This document shows, piece after piece, positions 33,008-43,168 of a stretch of DNA of 64,000 bases. The notes beneath the pieces are model-generated. The model worked only from the letters and a program-made list of their open reading frames with translations, was not told the DNA's origin and did no database searches. The stretch comes from Rhodothermales bacterium (lineage in GTDB: Bacteria > Bacteroidota > Rhodothermia > Rhodothermales > JANQRZ01), in contig JBDUXZ010000020.1 of assembly GCA_039944855.1 (NCBI GenBank), positions 377,145 through 441,144 of the forward strand, in the 5' to 3' direction. Positions within the stretch are counted from its first letter, which is position 1. Each line of letters opens with the position of its first letter. The position numbers and the translations under genes are program-made.

Positions 33008-33349
33008 TTCAGCTACGTGTTCATCGTGTGACTCAGAGCGGGAGGCCGGCCCCGGCTGCCAATCCTACGTCGGCCCTCGGGGCCACGGCTCCCTCGAAAT
33101 GCAGATCGAATACCGTACCACGCGGCGCCCTGTGCCAGGATGACAGGCTGCAAGCCGCAGGGGCGAACGGCGTTCGCCCGGTCGAGGCCGGTAGCCTTCC
33201 CGGGCAGGGCGCAGCACGCTACGCCCCTACGTTCCACGCGGCCTCCCGCCACGAGGCCTCGCGCGAGACATCAGCTGTGATCGAAACAGCCGCGCGGCTT
33301 CGCCATTCAATCCCCTCCCTTCTCTCTCACCTCTTCCGCACCTCCCGAC

Positions 33350-33688
33350 ATGGCAGACACCTCCGTTAAAAAAGTCGACTCCTCCCACTCCCCGTCCGGC
33401 GACCTCGGGCAGACCTACCTCGCCTCCGGCACCCGCCTCGCGATGCGGCTGTGGGACATCGCCCCGACCGACGGCCTCGGCAAGCACGCACGCCCGTACG
33501 AGACCGTCGGCTACGCGATCGAGGGCAAGGCCGTGCTCCACCTCGGCGATCAGAAAGTGACGCTCGAAGCGGGCGACTCGTGGGTCGTGCCCGAAGGGGC
33601 CGAGCACCAGTACGTCATCCACGAGCACTTCAAGGCCGTTGAGGCCACCGCGCCGCCCGCCCGCGTCGACGATCGCGACGACGGCTGA
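33350..33688 (+). CDS. Cupin-domain protein
   Basis: 112 aa. The pattern GYAIEGKAVLHLGDQKVTLEAGDSWVVPEGAEHQY is the two-motif cupin beta-barrel core. Confidence 0.8.
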   Translation: MADTSVKKVDSSHSPSGDLGQTYLASGTRLAMRLWDIAPTDGLGKHARPYETVGYAIEGKAVLHLGDQKVTLEAGDSWVVPEGAEHQYVIHEHFKAVEATAPPARVDDRDDG

Positions 33689-33723
33689 TCGCTCGCGCAA
33701 GCTCTTGTACGTGTAGGATTAGT

Positions 33724-33749
33724 GGCCCCCGTCGACCTCAGCGGGGGCC
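33724..33749 (+). terminator. Hairpin downstream of the cupin gene
   Basis: GGCCCCCG-(10 nt)-CGGGGGCC is an 8-bp perfect stem, 36 nt after the stop. Confidence 0.4.
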
Positions 33750-33867
33750 GCGCTGCATCGTGGCACCTCCTCGATTTATCTATAGATCGGGGCTGTCGGG
33801 CCGATAATCACGGGACTCCCCCGCCGCCGTTGCCCCACCCGGCGTCTGCTTAACACGGCCCGATCTT

Positions 33868-36444
<2,577 letters not shown>

Positions 36445-36468
36445 CCACCCGTTTCCTTCGTCGGCGCG

Positions 36469-36493
36469 CGGGCGGGGGCGCCGCCCCCGCCCG
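36469..36493. terminator. Hairpin between convergent genes (bidirectional terminator candidate)
   Basis: CGGGCGGGGG-CGCCG-CCCCCGCCCG is a 10-bp perfect stem with a 5-nt loop. It lies between the HK stop (36444) and the minus-strand OMP stop (36520). Confidence 0.5.
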
Positions 36494-36519
36494 AACCGAT
36501 CGCGCGTTCGCTCGATGCC

Positions 36520-37242
36520 TCAGAACCGGACCGTCACGCCGAGCTGCGGGAGGAGGAGGTCGGTGCGGGACCGGGTCACGTCGAACGTCAGGTTGCCGTC
36601 GCGGTCCGTGTCGATGCTGCCCTCGCGGAGGTAGTCGGCCTCGCCACCGAAGAGGTAGCGCACGCGGGCGTCGACGAAGACGGAGATCGCGCGGCCGGTG
36701 CCTTCGGGCCGCCCGCTGTAGACCTGCGCCATCACGCCGCCGCCGATGCCGTACGAGAACGCGCCGTCGTCGAAGTTCGTCGAGGAGGCGATGTCGCGGT
36801 CATCGTTGAAGTCCACGTCTTCGATCCGGCTCTCGGTGAAGAGGTAGCTGAAGCCGACGAGGGCGTCGGCATAGGGACGGAACGCGCCGATCGGCGGCTG
36901 GAGCCGGACGAAGGCGTGGCCGAGCGCGATGTTGTTCGTCGTCACGACGTCGACGTCGACGCGGCCGAGCGCGCCGCCGCCGAAGCGTTCGCGGATCGTC
37001 TCCTGCCCATAGACGACGAACGTGCCGGCGAGGCCGAAGCCGACGGGCGTGTTCGGGACGTGGACCACGAACTCGGCACCGAGGCCGTAGCCGACGCCGT
37101 CAATGCGGTCGGCGAAGGCGCCCTGCGGGATCGCGAGGACGAGGCCGGCGCCGCCGCTGCCGTACTGAGCGTGGGCCGAGGTGGGGACGAGGAGGGCGAG
37201 GAGGGCGGCACCGAGAAGGGCCGTGCGATACGAGGTAGGCAT
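36520..37242 (-). CDS. Outer-membrane beta-barrel protein (OMP_b-brl/porin-like)
   Basis: Signal peptide LLALLVPTSAHAQ, alternating hydrophobic beta-strand pattern, Gly/aromatic-rich composition, and a C-terminal strand ending ...LGVTVRF with terminal Phe. Confidence 0.7.
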   Translation of the reverse strand: MPTSYRTALLGAALLALLVPTSAHAQYGSGGAGLVLAIPQGAFADRIDGVGYGLGAEFVVHVPNTPVGFGLAGTFVVYGQETIRERFGGGALGRVDVDVVTTNNIALGHAFVRLQPPIGAFRPYADALVGFSYLFTESRIEDVDFNDDRDIASSTNFDDGAFSYGIGGGVMAQVYSGRPEGTGRAISVFVDARVRYLFGGEADYLREGSIDTDRDGNLTFDVTRSRTDLLLPQLGVTVRF

Positions 37243-37357
37243 AGTCGGGGTGATCTGTGGGTGAGGGCGTTGAGCGCGCTACGGGAAGAGCCGCCCCTCA
37301 GGTGCACAAAGCAACCCGGCAACGTGTGAAGAGTCGCTGAGATAGGGCGAGGACCCG

Positions 37358-39670
37358 CTACTCGATCCCGTTGCCGATCGCGAAGCCGATGCGCTCGCCG
37401 CGCGGGCTCTCCTGCTTCAGCTTCTCCGCGAGCTTACGGTACTCCTTCTCCATCTCCGGCGTCACGCTCGCCCGCGTGTCCTCGAGTGCCTGCTCGAACT
37501 GCGCGGCCGTCACCGCCGCCTCGCCGTCCTCCATCACGCCGTCCTTGAGCGCCTCGCGGAGGGCGAGGAGCCCGGCGCGGCGGACGAGGTTCTCGAGGTC
37601 GGCCCCGGTGTAGCCCTCGGCCTGCTCGGCGATCGCGCCGAGGTCCACGTCGGCGGTGAGCGGCATCGTGGCGGTGTGGATCCGGAGGATCGTCCGCCGG
37701 CCCTCGGCCTCGGGGACGGGCACGTAGATCAGCTCGTCGAAGCGGCCCGGCCGGAGGAGCGCCGGGTCGAGGAGCGTCGGTCGGTTCGTGGCGCCGATCA
37801 CGACGACGCCCTGCATCTCTTCGAGCCCGTCCATCTCGGCCAGGAGGGTGTTCACGACGCGCTCCGTCGCCGCCGGCTCACCCAGCCCGCCGCCGCGTTG
37901 GGGCGCGAGGGCGTCGATCTCGTCGAAGAAGATCACCGTCGGGGCGACCTGCCGGGCGCGGGCGAAGAGCCGGCTCACCTGCTTCTCGCTCTCGCCGTAC
38001 CACTTCGAGAGGAGGTCGCTCGACTTCATGGCGACGAAGTTGGCCTCGGCCTCGCGGGCGACGGCTTTCGCGAGGAGGGTCTTCCCCGTGCCGGGCGGGC
38101 CGTAGAGGAGGAACCCCTTCGCGGGGCGGATGCCGATCTTCCGGAACGCCTCGGGGTTCTTCAGCGGCAGCTCGATCCCCTCGCGCAGCGCCTCCTTCGT
38201 CTCGTCGAGCCCGCCGATGTCGTCCCAGCCGACGTTCGGGACCTGGATCATGATCTCGCGGAGGGCGGAGGGCTGCACGTTTTTGACCGCCTCCATGAAG
38301 TCGTGCCGCGTGACGATGAGCTTGTCGAGCACCTCGGGCGGGATCTCGCGCTGCTCGAGGTCGATCTCGGGGAGGTGGCGGCGGAGCGCTTCGATCGCGG
38401 CCTCGCGCGCGAGCGCCGAGAGGTCGGCGCCGACGAAGCCGTAGGCCATCCGCGCGATCTCGTCGAGGCGGACGTCGTCGGCGAGCGGCATCCCGCGCGT
38501 GTGGATGTTGAGGATCTCGCGGCGGCCCGGGAGGTCCGGCACGCCGATGACGATCTCGCGGTCGAACCGGCCCGGCCGGCGCAGCGCCTCGTCGATCGCG
38601 TCGACGCGGTTGGTGGCGGCGATGACGACGACGTTCTGGCGCGGCTCCAGCCCGTCCATCAGCGTGAGGAGCTGGGCGACGACGCGGCGCTCGACCTCGC
38701 CCGTCTCGCCGCGGCTCGGCGCGATCGAGTCGATCTCGTCGATGAAGATGATCGACGGCGCGTTCTTCTGCGCGTCCTCGAAGATCTCCCGCAGCCGCCC
38801 CTCGCTCTCGCCGTAGTACTTGCCCATGATCTCGGGCCCGGCGATGTGGAAGAATTGCGCGTCGCTCTCGGCGGCGACGGCGCGCGCGAGGAGTGTCTTG
38901 CCCGTGCCGGGCGGGCCGTAGAGGAGGACGCCCTTCGGCGGGTCGATGCCGAGGCGGGAGAACAGCTCGGGGTGCTTGAGCGGGAGCTCGACCATCTCGC
39001 GCACCTGGTCGATCGTCTTGCCGAGCCCGCCGACGTCGTCGTAGGTGATGCCGAGCTGCATGGCCTCCTCGGGCTCGGCGAACTGCGGGAGCAGCTCGAT
39101 CTCGGTCTCCTGCGTGACCTGGACGATGCCGCGCGGGCTCGTCGAGATCACCGTGAGGCGGATCTCCTGCAGGCCGAAGGCGCGTTGCTGGAAGAACGCG
39201 CGCATGACCTCCTCGGGGAACTGACCGCCGTCCATCCCCGGCTGCTTGCGGTAGACGCTCGTCGAGATCACGTCGCCGGCGGTGAGCGGGCGGCCGAGGA
39301 GCGTCCGCATCAGCGCCTCGCCCGGCCCGGTGAGCTGGATGTTCTTCTGCGCCGGGGCGACGGTGACTTTCTTCGCCGGCCGGATCTCGGCCTTCCGAAT
39401 CTCGACGTGGTCGCCGAGGCCGACCTGCACGTTCATCCGCTGGAGCCCGTCGAGCCGGATGATGCCGAGCCCCTCGTCCTGCGGGTACGGCGGGAGCGCG
39501 ACGGCGGCCGTCGTCCGCTTGGCGAGGATCTCGATGATGCCGCCCTGCCCGAGCCCGAGCGTGTCGAGGGCGTCCTGGCTGATGCGGGCTGCGCCTTTCC
39601 CCACGTCGGGGTTCTGGGCCCCGGCGACTTGGAGGCGGACGGTGTCGGTGGCGGTCGGCTGGTCGGGCAT
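37358..39670 (-). CDS. CDC48/VCP/VAT-type double-ring AAA+ ATPase
   Basis: ATG 39670. The N-terminal segment ([36 protein letters not shown]...GDHVEI) is CDC48_N-like (double-psi barrel). D1 has [15 protein letters not shown] with [10 protein letters not shown]2 has [15 protein letters not shown] with [12 protein letters not shown] regions are present in both. Confidence 0.9.
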   Translation of the reverse strand: MPDQPTATDTVRLQVAGAQNPDVGKGAARISQDALDTLGLGQGGIIEILAKRTTAAVALPPYPQDEGLGIIRLDGLQRMNVQVGLGDHVEIRKAEIRPAKKVTVAPAQKNIQLTGPGEALMRTLLGRPLTAGDVISTSVYRKQPGMDGGQFPEEVMRAFFQQRAFGLQEIRLTVISTSPRGIVQVTQETEIELLPQFAEPEEAMQLGITYDDVGGLGKTIDQVREMVELPLKHPELFSRLGIDPPKGVLLYGPPGTGKTLLARAVAAESDAQFFHIAGPEIMGKYYGESEGRLREIFEDAQKNAPSIIFIDEIDSIAPSRGETGEVERRVVAQLLTLMDGLEPRQNVVVIAATNRVDAIDEALRRPGRFDREIVIGVPDLPGRREILNIHTRGMPLADDVRLDEIARMAYGFVGADLSALAREAAIEALRRHLPEIDLEQREIPPEVLDKLIVTRHDFMEAVKNVQPSALREIMIQVPNVGWDDIGGLDETKEALREGIELPLKNPEAFRKIGIRPAKGFLLYGPPGTGKTLLAKAVAREAEANFVAMKSSDLLSKWYGESEKQVSRLFARARQVAPTVIFFDEIDALAPQRGGGLGEPAATERVVNTLLAEMDGLEEMQGVVVIGATNRPTLLDPALLRPGRFDELIYVPVPEAEGRRTILRIHTATMPLTADVDLGAIAEQAEGYTGADLENLVRRAGLLALREALKDGVMEDGEAAVTAAQFEQALEDTRASVTPEMEKEYRKLAEKLKQESPRGERIGFAIGNGIE

Positions 39671-39798
39671 GGTCGGAGGGGAGAGAGGCGGCGAACGAGG
39701 AGGCGAGATGAGACGGATTTCCCCCGCCGAGGTTCGCGTGGAACGGGACGCTTCGTGGTTCTTTCGATAGCTTGCCCGCTCCGCACCCTCCCGCACCT

Positions 39799-40734
39799 AT
39801 GCGCGTCGCTCATCCCTCGTCCGTCGGCTTTCCCCTCGCGCTCGCGCTCCTGCTCGGCGGCGGCGTGGCCGCAATCGCCGTGCAGTCGGCGGCGTTCGGG
39901 CCGTGGGGCGTGCTGCTCGGGGTCGTCGCGGCCGTGCTCGTGCTGTGGTTCGGGCTGCGCGGGGCCGTGCGCCGGTGGCGGGCCGTCCGCCGTCCGCTCG
40001 CCGAGGCGCGGCGCGACTGGCTGCGGCGCCACGTCCCGCTCTACGCCCGGCTCGACGACGACAGTGCGCGCCGCCGCTTCGAGCGCGACGTGCAGATCGC
40101 GCTCGCCGAGGCGCGCTTCGAGGGCGTTGGCGGGGTGGAGGTGACGGACGACCTCCGGCTCGGCGTCGCGGCCGGCGTCGCGCTCCTCCTCCACGGCCGG
40201 CCGGACTGGGATCTCCGCCTCGACCGGACCTTCCTCTTCTACCCCGGCCACTTCGGCGACGATTACACCGGGCTCGACCCTGCGTACGACGGGATGGTCC
40301 ACCCGCAGGGGCCGGTGATCCTCTCCGCCCCCGCCGTGCGCCGGAGTTGGGAGCGGCCCGAGGAGGGCTCGAACGTCGTCCTCCACGAGCTCGCCCACCT
40401 CTTCGACTACGACGACCTCTATGCCGACGGCGTCCCATCCCTGCTCGACCCCGGCTCGGTGGAGCCGTGGACGGCGCTCGTCCGCCGCGAGACGGCGCTC
40501 ATCGAGCGAGGCCAATCGATGCTCCGTCGCTACGCGGCGACGAACGCCGCCGAGTTCTTCGCGGTGACGACGGAGGTGTTCTTCGAGCGGCCCGCCGCCC
40601 TCGCCGAGCGCCACCCCGAGCTGTTCGAGACGATGACGGCGCTCTACGGCCTCGACCCGCGCCCGCCCGAGGGGGCCGTCTCCACGGAGCCCGAGGGACC
40701 GACGGAGTCGCTCATGGCGCGGCGCTGGCGGTGA
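39799..40734 (+). CDS. Membrane-anchored M90 (MtfA-like) zinc metallopeptidase
   Basis: ATG 39799. Two N-terminal TM helices. The HExxH motif occurs in VVLHELAHLFDY, with downstream E in NAAEFFAVTTEVFFERP, typical of the MtfA/peptidase M90 family. Confidence 0.75.
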   Translation: MRVAHPSSVGFPLALALLLGGGVAAIAVQSAAFGPWGVLLGVVAAVLVLWFGLRGAVRRWRAVRRPLAEARRDWLRRHVPLYARLDDDSARRRFERDVQIALAEARFEGVGGVEVTDDLRLGVAAGVALLLHGRPDWDLRLDRTFLFYPGHFGDDYTGLDPAYDGMVHPQGPVILSAPAVRRSWERPEEGSNVVLHELAHLFDYDDLYADGVPSLLDPGSVEPWTALVRRETALIERGQSMLRRYAATNAAEFFAVTTEVFFERPAALAERHPELFETMTALYGLDPRPPEGAVSTEPEGPTESLMARRWR

Positions 40735-40863
40735 TACCAGGCAGCGGAGCCGAAGAGCCTGAAGGCTCGGCGAAGCCCATCTCTCATGCTGCGAGGCGGA
40801 GACCCGAGAGATCCCTCGACGAGCTCGGGATGACACGGGGCAGAGTGGGAGGCTGAACGGGTC

Positions 40864-42795
40864 TCACTCGCCTCCCGTCCAGCCGACGACGGGGTCGATG
40901 GAGTTGGTCGAGACGGAGTGGTAGCCGGGGCGGGCTTCGCGGTAGATCTCCTGCGCCATCGTTTGCCCCCAGTCCGTCGCCATCAGGTCTTCGTAGAGCG
41001 GCTTGACGAACTTCCGCCGGCCTTGCCGGGTGAGGAAGCTCTTGAGCGCGGGGAACGCGGGCTCGTAGCGATTCGCGATCGCCGTGCGCAGCCACGCGAA
41101 GAGGATCTCGCTGTTGCCCGTCGCCGTCAACCCGAACGCGGCGTCGAGCGCGGCGAGCTGGTCCGGGCTGAGTTCGTCGGGGAGGGCGTCGAGGAAGTGG
41201 AGCCACTCGTGCGTGGTCCAGTCGTGGGTGTCGAGCTCGTCCGGCGCGGTGCCGCTCGTGAACGCCTCGGCCTGGGCCTCGACGCGGGCGAAGGCTTCGG
41301 AGGCGACGGGCGCGGCGTTCGGGGGCAGGCCGGGGCCGAAGACCCACGCCTCGGGCTGGATCTGCGCCCGCAGCTCGGCGTCGCCCTGGATCAGGTTCGC
41401 GTCGAGGTAGGCGAGGAACCGCTCCGTCGTCATCGGCCGGAAGGCGAACTCGTCGAAGTACTGCCGCAGGAACGCGTCGAAGCGCTCTCGGCCGACGGCC
41501 ATTTCGATCGTGCGGAGGAAGGCGGCGCCTTTGTCGTAGGCGATCGCCGTCATGCCGTCGTCGGGGTCGCGGCCTTTGAGGTCGAGGTAGAGGTGCTGGT
41601 CGGCCTCGGGGAGTTCGCCGAGCTCGTCGGCGAGGCCGCGGCGGCTGAGCGATTCGAGCATCCGGGCGTACTCGGCGCCGTAGACCTCCTCCATGATGCG
41701 GTTCTCGAAGTACGACGTGAAGCCCTCGTTGAGCCAGAAGTCGCTCCACGTCGCGTTCGTGACGAGGTTGCCGGACCACGAGTGGGCGAGCTCGTGCGCG
41801 ATGAGGCTCACGAGCGAGCGGTCGCCCGCGAGGATCGTCGGCGTGGCGAACGTGAGGCGGGGGTTCTCCATCCCGCCGAACGGGAACGACGAGGGGAGGA
41901 CGATGACGTCGTAGCGGCCCCAGCGGTACGGCCCGTAAAGCCCTTCGGCCGCGTCCATCATCTCCTCCATATCGGCGAACTCGTACGCCGCGGCGTCGAC
42001 GACGGCGGGCTCGGCCCAGACGCCCGTGCGCGGCCCGACGGCCTCGAACTCGAGGTCGCCAATCGCGAGGGCGATGAGGTAAGGCGGGATCGGCTCGCGC
42101 ATGCGGAAGCGGTACGTCGTGCCGGTGCCGTCGTCGGTGGGGGTGCCCTCGGGCGTGAGCATCTCGGCGCTCATCACGGCCACGAGCGGCTCGGGCACGG
42201 TGATCTCAGCGGAGTAGGTCTGGCGGATGCCGGGGCTGTCCTGCGTCGGCACCCACGTCCGGGTGAGGATGGCCTGGCCCTGCGTGAAGAGGAAGGGGTA
42301 GTCGCCGCCCGTCGTCTGCGCGGGGCTCAGCCACTGCACGGCCGCCGCGGCGTCGGGCGCCGTGCGGTAGCGGACGACGACCTGGTCGCCGGCCTCGGGG
42401 AGCGCCACGCGCAGGGGCTGGCCGAGAAAGGGGTCGGCTGTGCCGAGCGCGAAGTCCAGCGGGGTGCCATCGACCGTCGTGACGGCCTCGATCGTGAGGT
42501 CGCGCGTGTCGAGGATGACCTCCTCGGCGTCGGGCGCGCGGTCGACGGTGAGGGTGGCGGTGCCGTGGAGCTGCTTCGCGTCGAAGTCCGCCGTGAGGGC
42601 GAGCGCGACGTCGGTGACGCGGGCCTCCGCGGGATTCGCGTAGGAGTGGACGTCGTGCGGCAGCGCGAGCCGGGTGGCGAGGACCGTGGGAGCCGGCGGC
42701 TCGATGGCGTTGACGGAGACCGTCGTGACGGGCTCAGTGCGGGCGCAGCCGGCGAGGGCGACGAGCAGGCAGAGGAGGGCGAGGCGAGCGAGCAT
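40864..42795 (-). CDS. M1-family aminopeptidase (leukotriene A4 hydrolase/cold-active aminopeptidase-like), lipoprotein
   Basis: Lipobox LVALAGC. Exopeptidase motif FGGMENP. Zinc site HELAHSWSGNLVTNATWSDFWLNEGF. The C-terminal part is Leuk-A4-hydrolase_C-like and helical. Confidence 0.9.
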   Translation of the reverse strand: MLARLALLCLLVALAGCARTEPVTTVSVNAIEPPAPTVLATRLALPHDVHSYANPAEARVTDVALALTADFDAKQLHGTATLTVDRAPDAEEVILDTRDLTIEAVTTVDGTPLDFALGTADPFLGQPLRVALPEAGDQVVVRYRTAPDAAAAVQWLSPAQTTGGDYPFLFTQGQAILTRTWVPTQDSPGIRQTYSAEITVPEPLVAVMSAEMLTPEGTPTDDGTGTTYRFRMREPIPPYLIALAIGDLEFEAVGPRTGVWAEPAVVDAAAYEFADMEEMMDAAEGLYGPYRWGRYDVIVLPSSFPFGGMENPRLTFATPTILAGDRSLVSLIAHELAHSWSGNLVTNATWSDFWLNEGFTSYFENRIMEEVYGAEYARMLESLSRRGLADELGELPEADQHLYLDLKGRDPDDGMTAIAYDKGAAFLRTIEMAVGRERFDAFLRQYFDEFAFRPMTTERFLAYLDANLIQGDAELRAQIQPEAWVFGPGLPPNAAPVASEAFARVEAQAEAFTSGTAPDELDTHDWTTHEWLHFLDALPDELSPDQLAALDAAFGLTATGNSEILFAWLRTAIANRYEPAFPALKSFLTRQGRRKFVKPLYEDLMATDWGQTMAQEIYREARPGYHSVSTNSIDPVVGWTGGE

Positions 42796-42841
42796 GGGCG
42801 AGAGCGGTCGTAGTTGAAGATCGCCGAATATACCCTACACG

Positions 42842-42877
42842 GCGGCGGGCGCTCCCCCGAAGAGGAGCGCCCGCCGC
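42842..42877 (-). terminator. Strong hairpin directly downstream of the 59-codon ORF
   Basis: GCGGCGGGCGCTCC-(8 nt)-GGAGCGCCCGCCGC is a 14-bp perfect stem, 23 nt beyond the TAA of ORF 42901-43080 on the minus strand. Confidence 0.55.
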
Positions 42878-42900
42878 ACTAGCCAACCCGAGCGTGCAGC

Positions 42901-43080
42901 TTAGGAGGGATCGTCGCTCGGATCGCCGCCCATCTGGAAGATGACCGCGTCCTGCGTTCCCGTCATCCCCGGGCCCCGCGTCACTGAGGCGAGCGCGCCG
43001 AGCCGCTCGAGTGACGGCGGCGCGAACGGTTTGCGGAGGGGAGCGGGGGAGGCCTGCGGGGTCTGCGTGTGGTCGTTCAT
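42901..43080 (-). CDS. 59-aa candidate RiPP precursor with lasso-peptide-type leader and core (not in the ORF track)
   Basis: Hand translation: MNDHTQTPQASPAPLRKPFAPPSLERLGALASVTR|GPGMTGTQDAVIFQMGGDPSDDPS*. F-17, P-14, L-12, G-8 and T-2 fit the lasso leader motif. The core has G1 and D9 and ends in Ser. The ORF is flanked by hairpins on both sides. Confidence 0.5.
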   Translation of the reverse strand: MNDHTQTPQASPAPLRKPFAPPSLERLGALASVTRGPGMTGTQDAVIFQMGGDPSDDPS

Positions 43081-43125
43081 AGGAGTGCTCTGTCGAGTGT
43101 CGGAAAAGGAAAGTAGGGGAGAGGT

Positions 43126-43162
43126 GCCGCGCCCGGGCCCCGGAGGGCGGCCCGGGCGCGGC
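43126..43162 (-). terminator. Hairpin after the 43169-45184 gene
   Basis: GCCGCGCCCGGGCC-(9 nt)-GGCCCGGGCGCGGC is a 14-bp perfect stem, 6 nt beyond the stop on the minus strand. Confidence 0.55.
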
Positions 43163-43168
43163 CCTCGG

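Noticed and set aside
33028-33369. 113-aa ORF in the clpB-cupin intergenic region
   Set aside because: It is Ala/Arg/Pro/Ser-rich with no hydrophobic core pattern, and it overlaps the cupin start out of frame. It is treated as non-coding control region.
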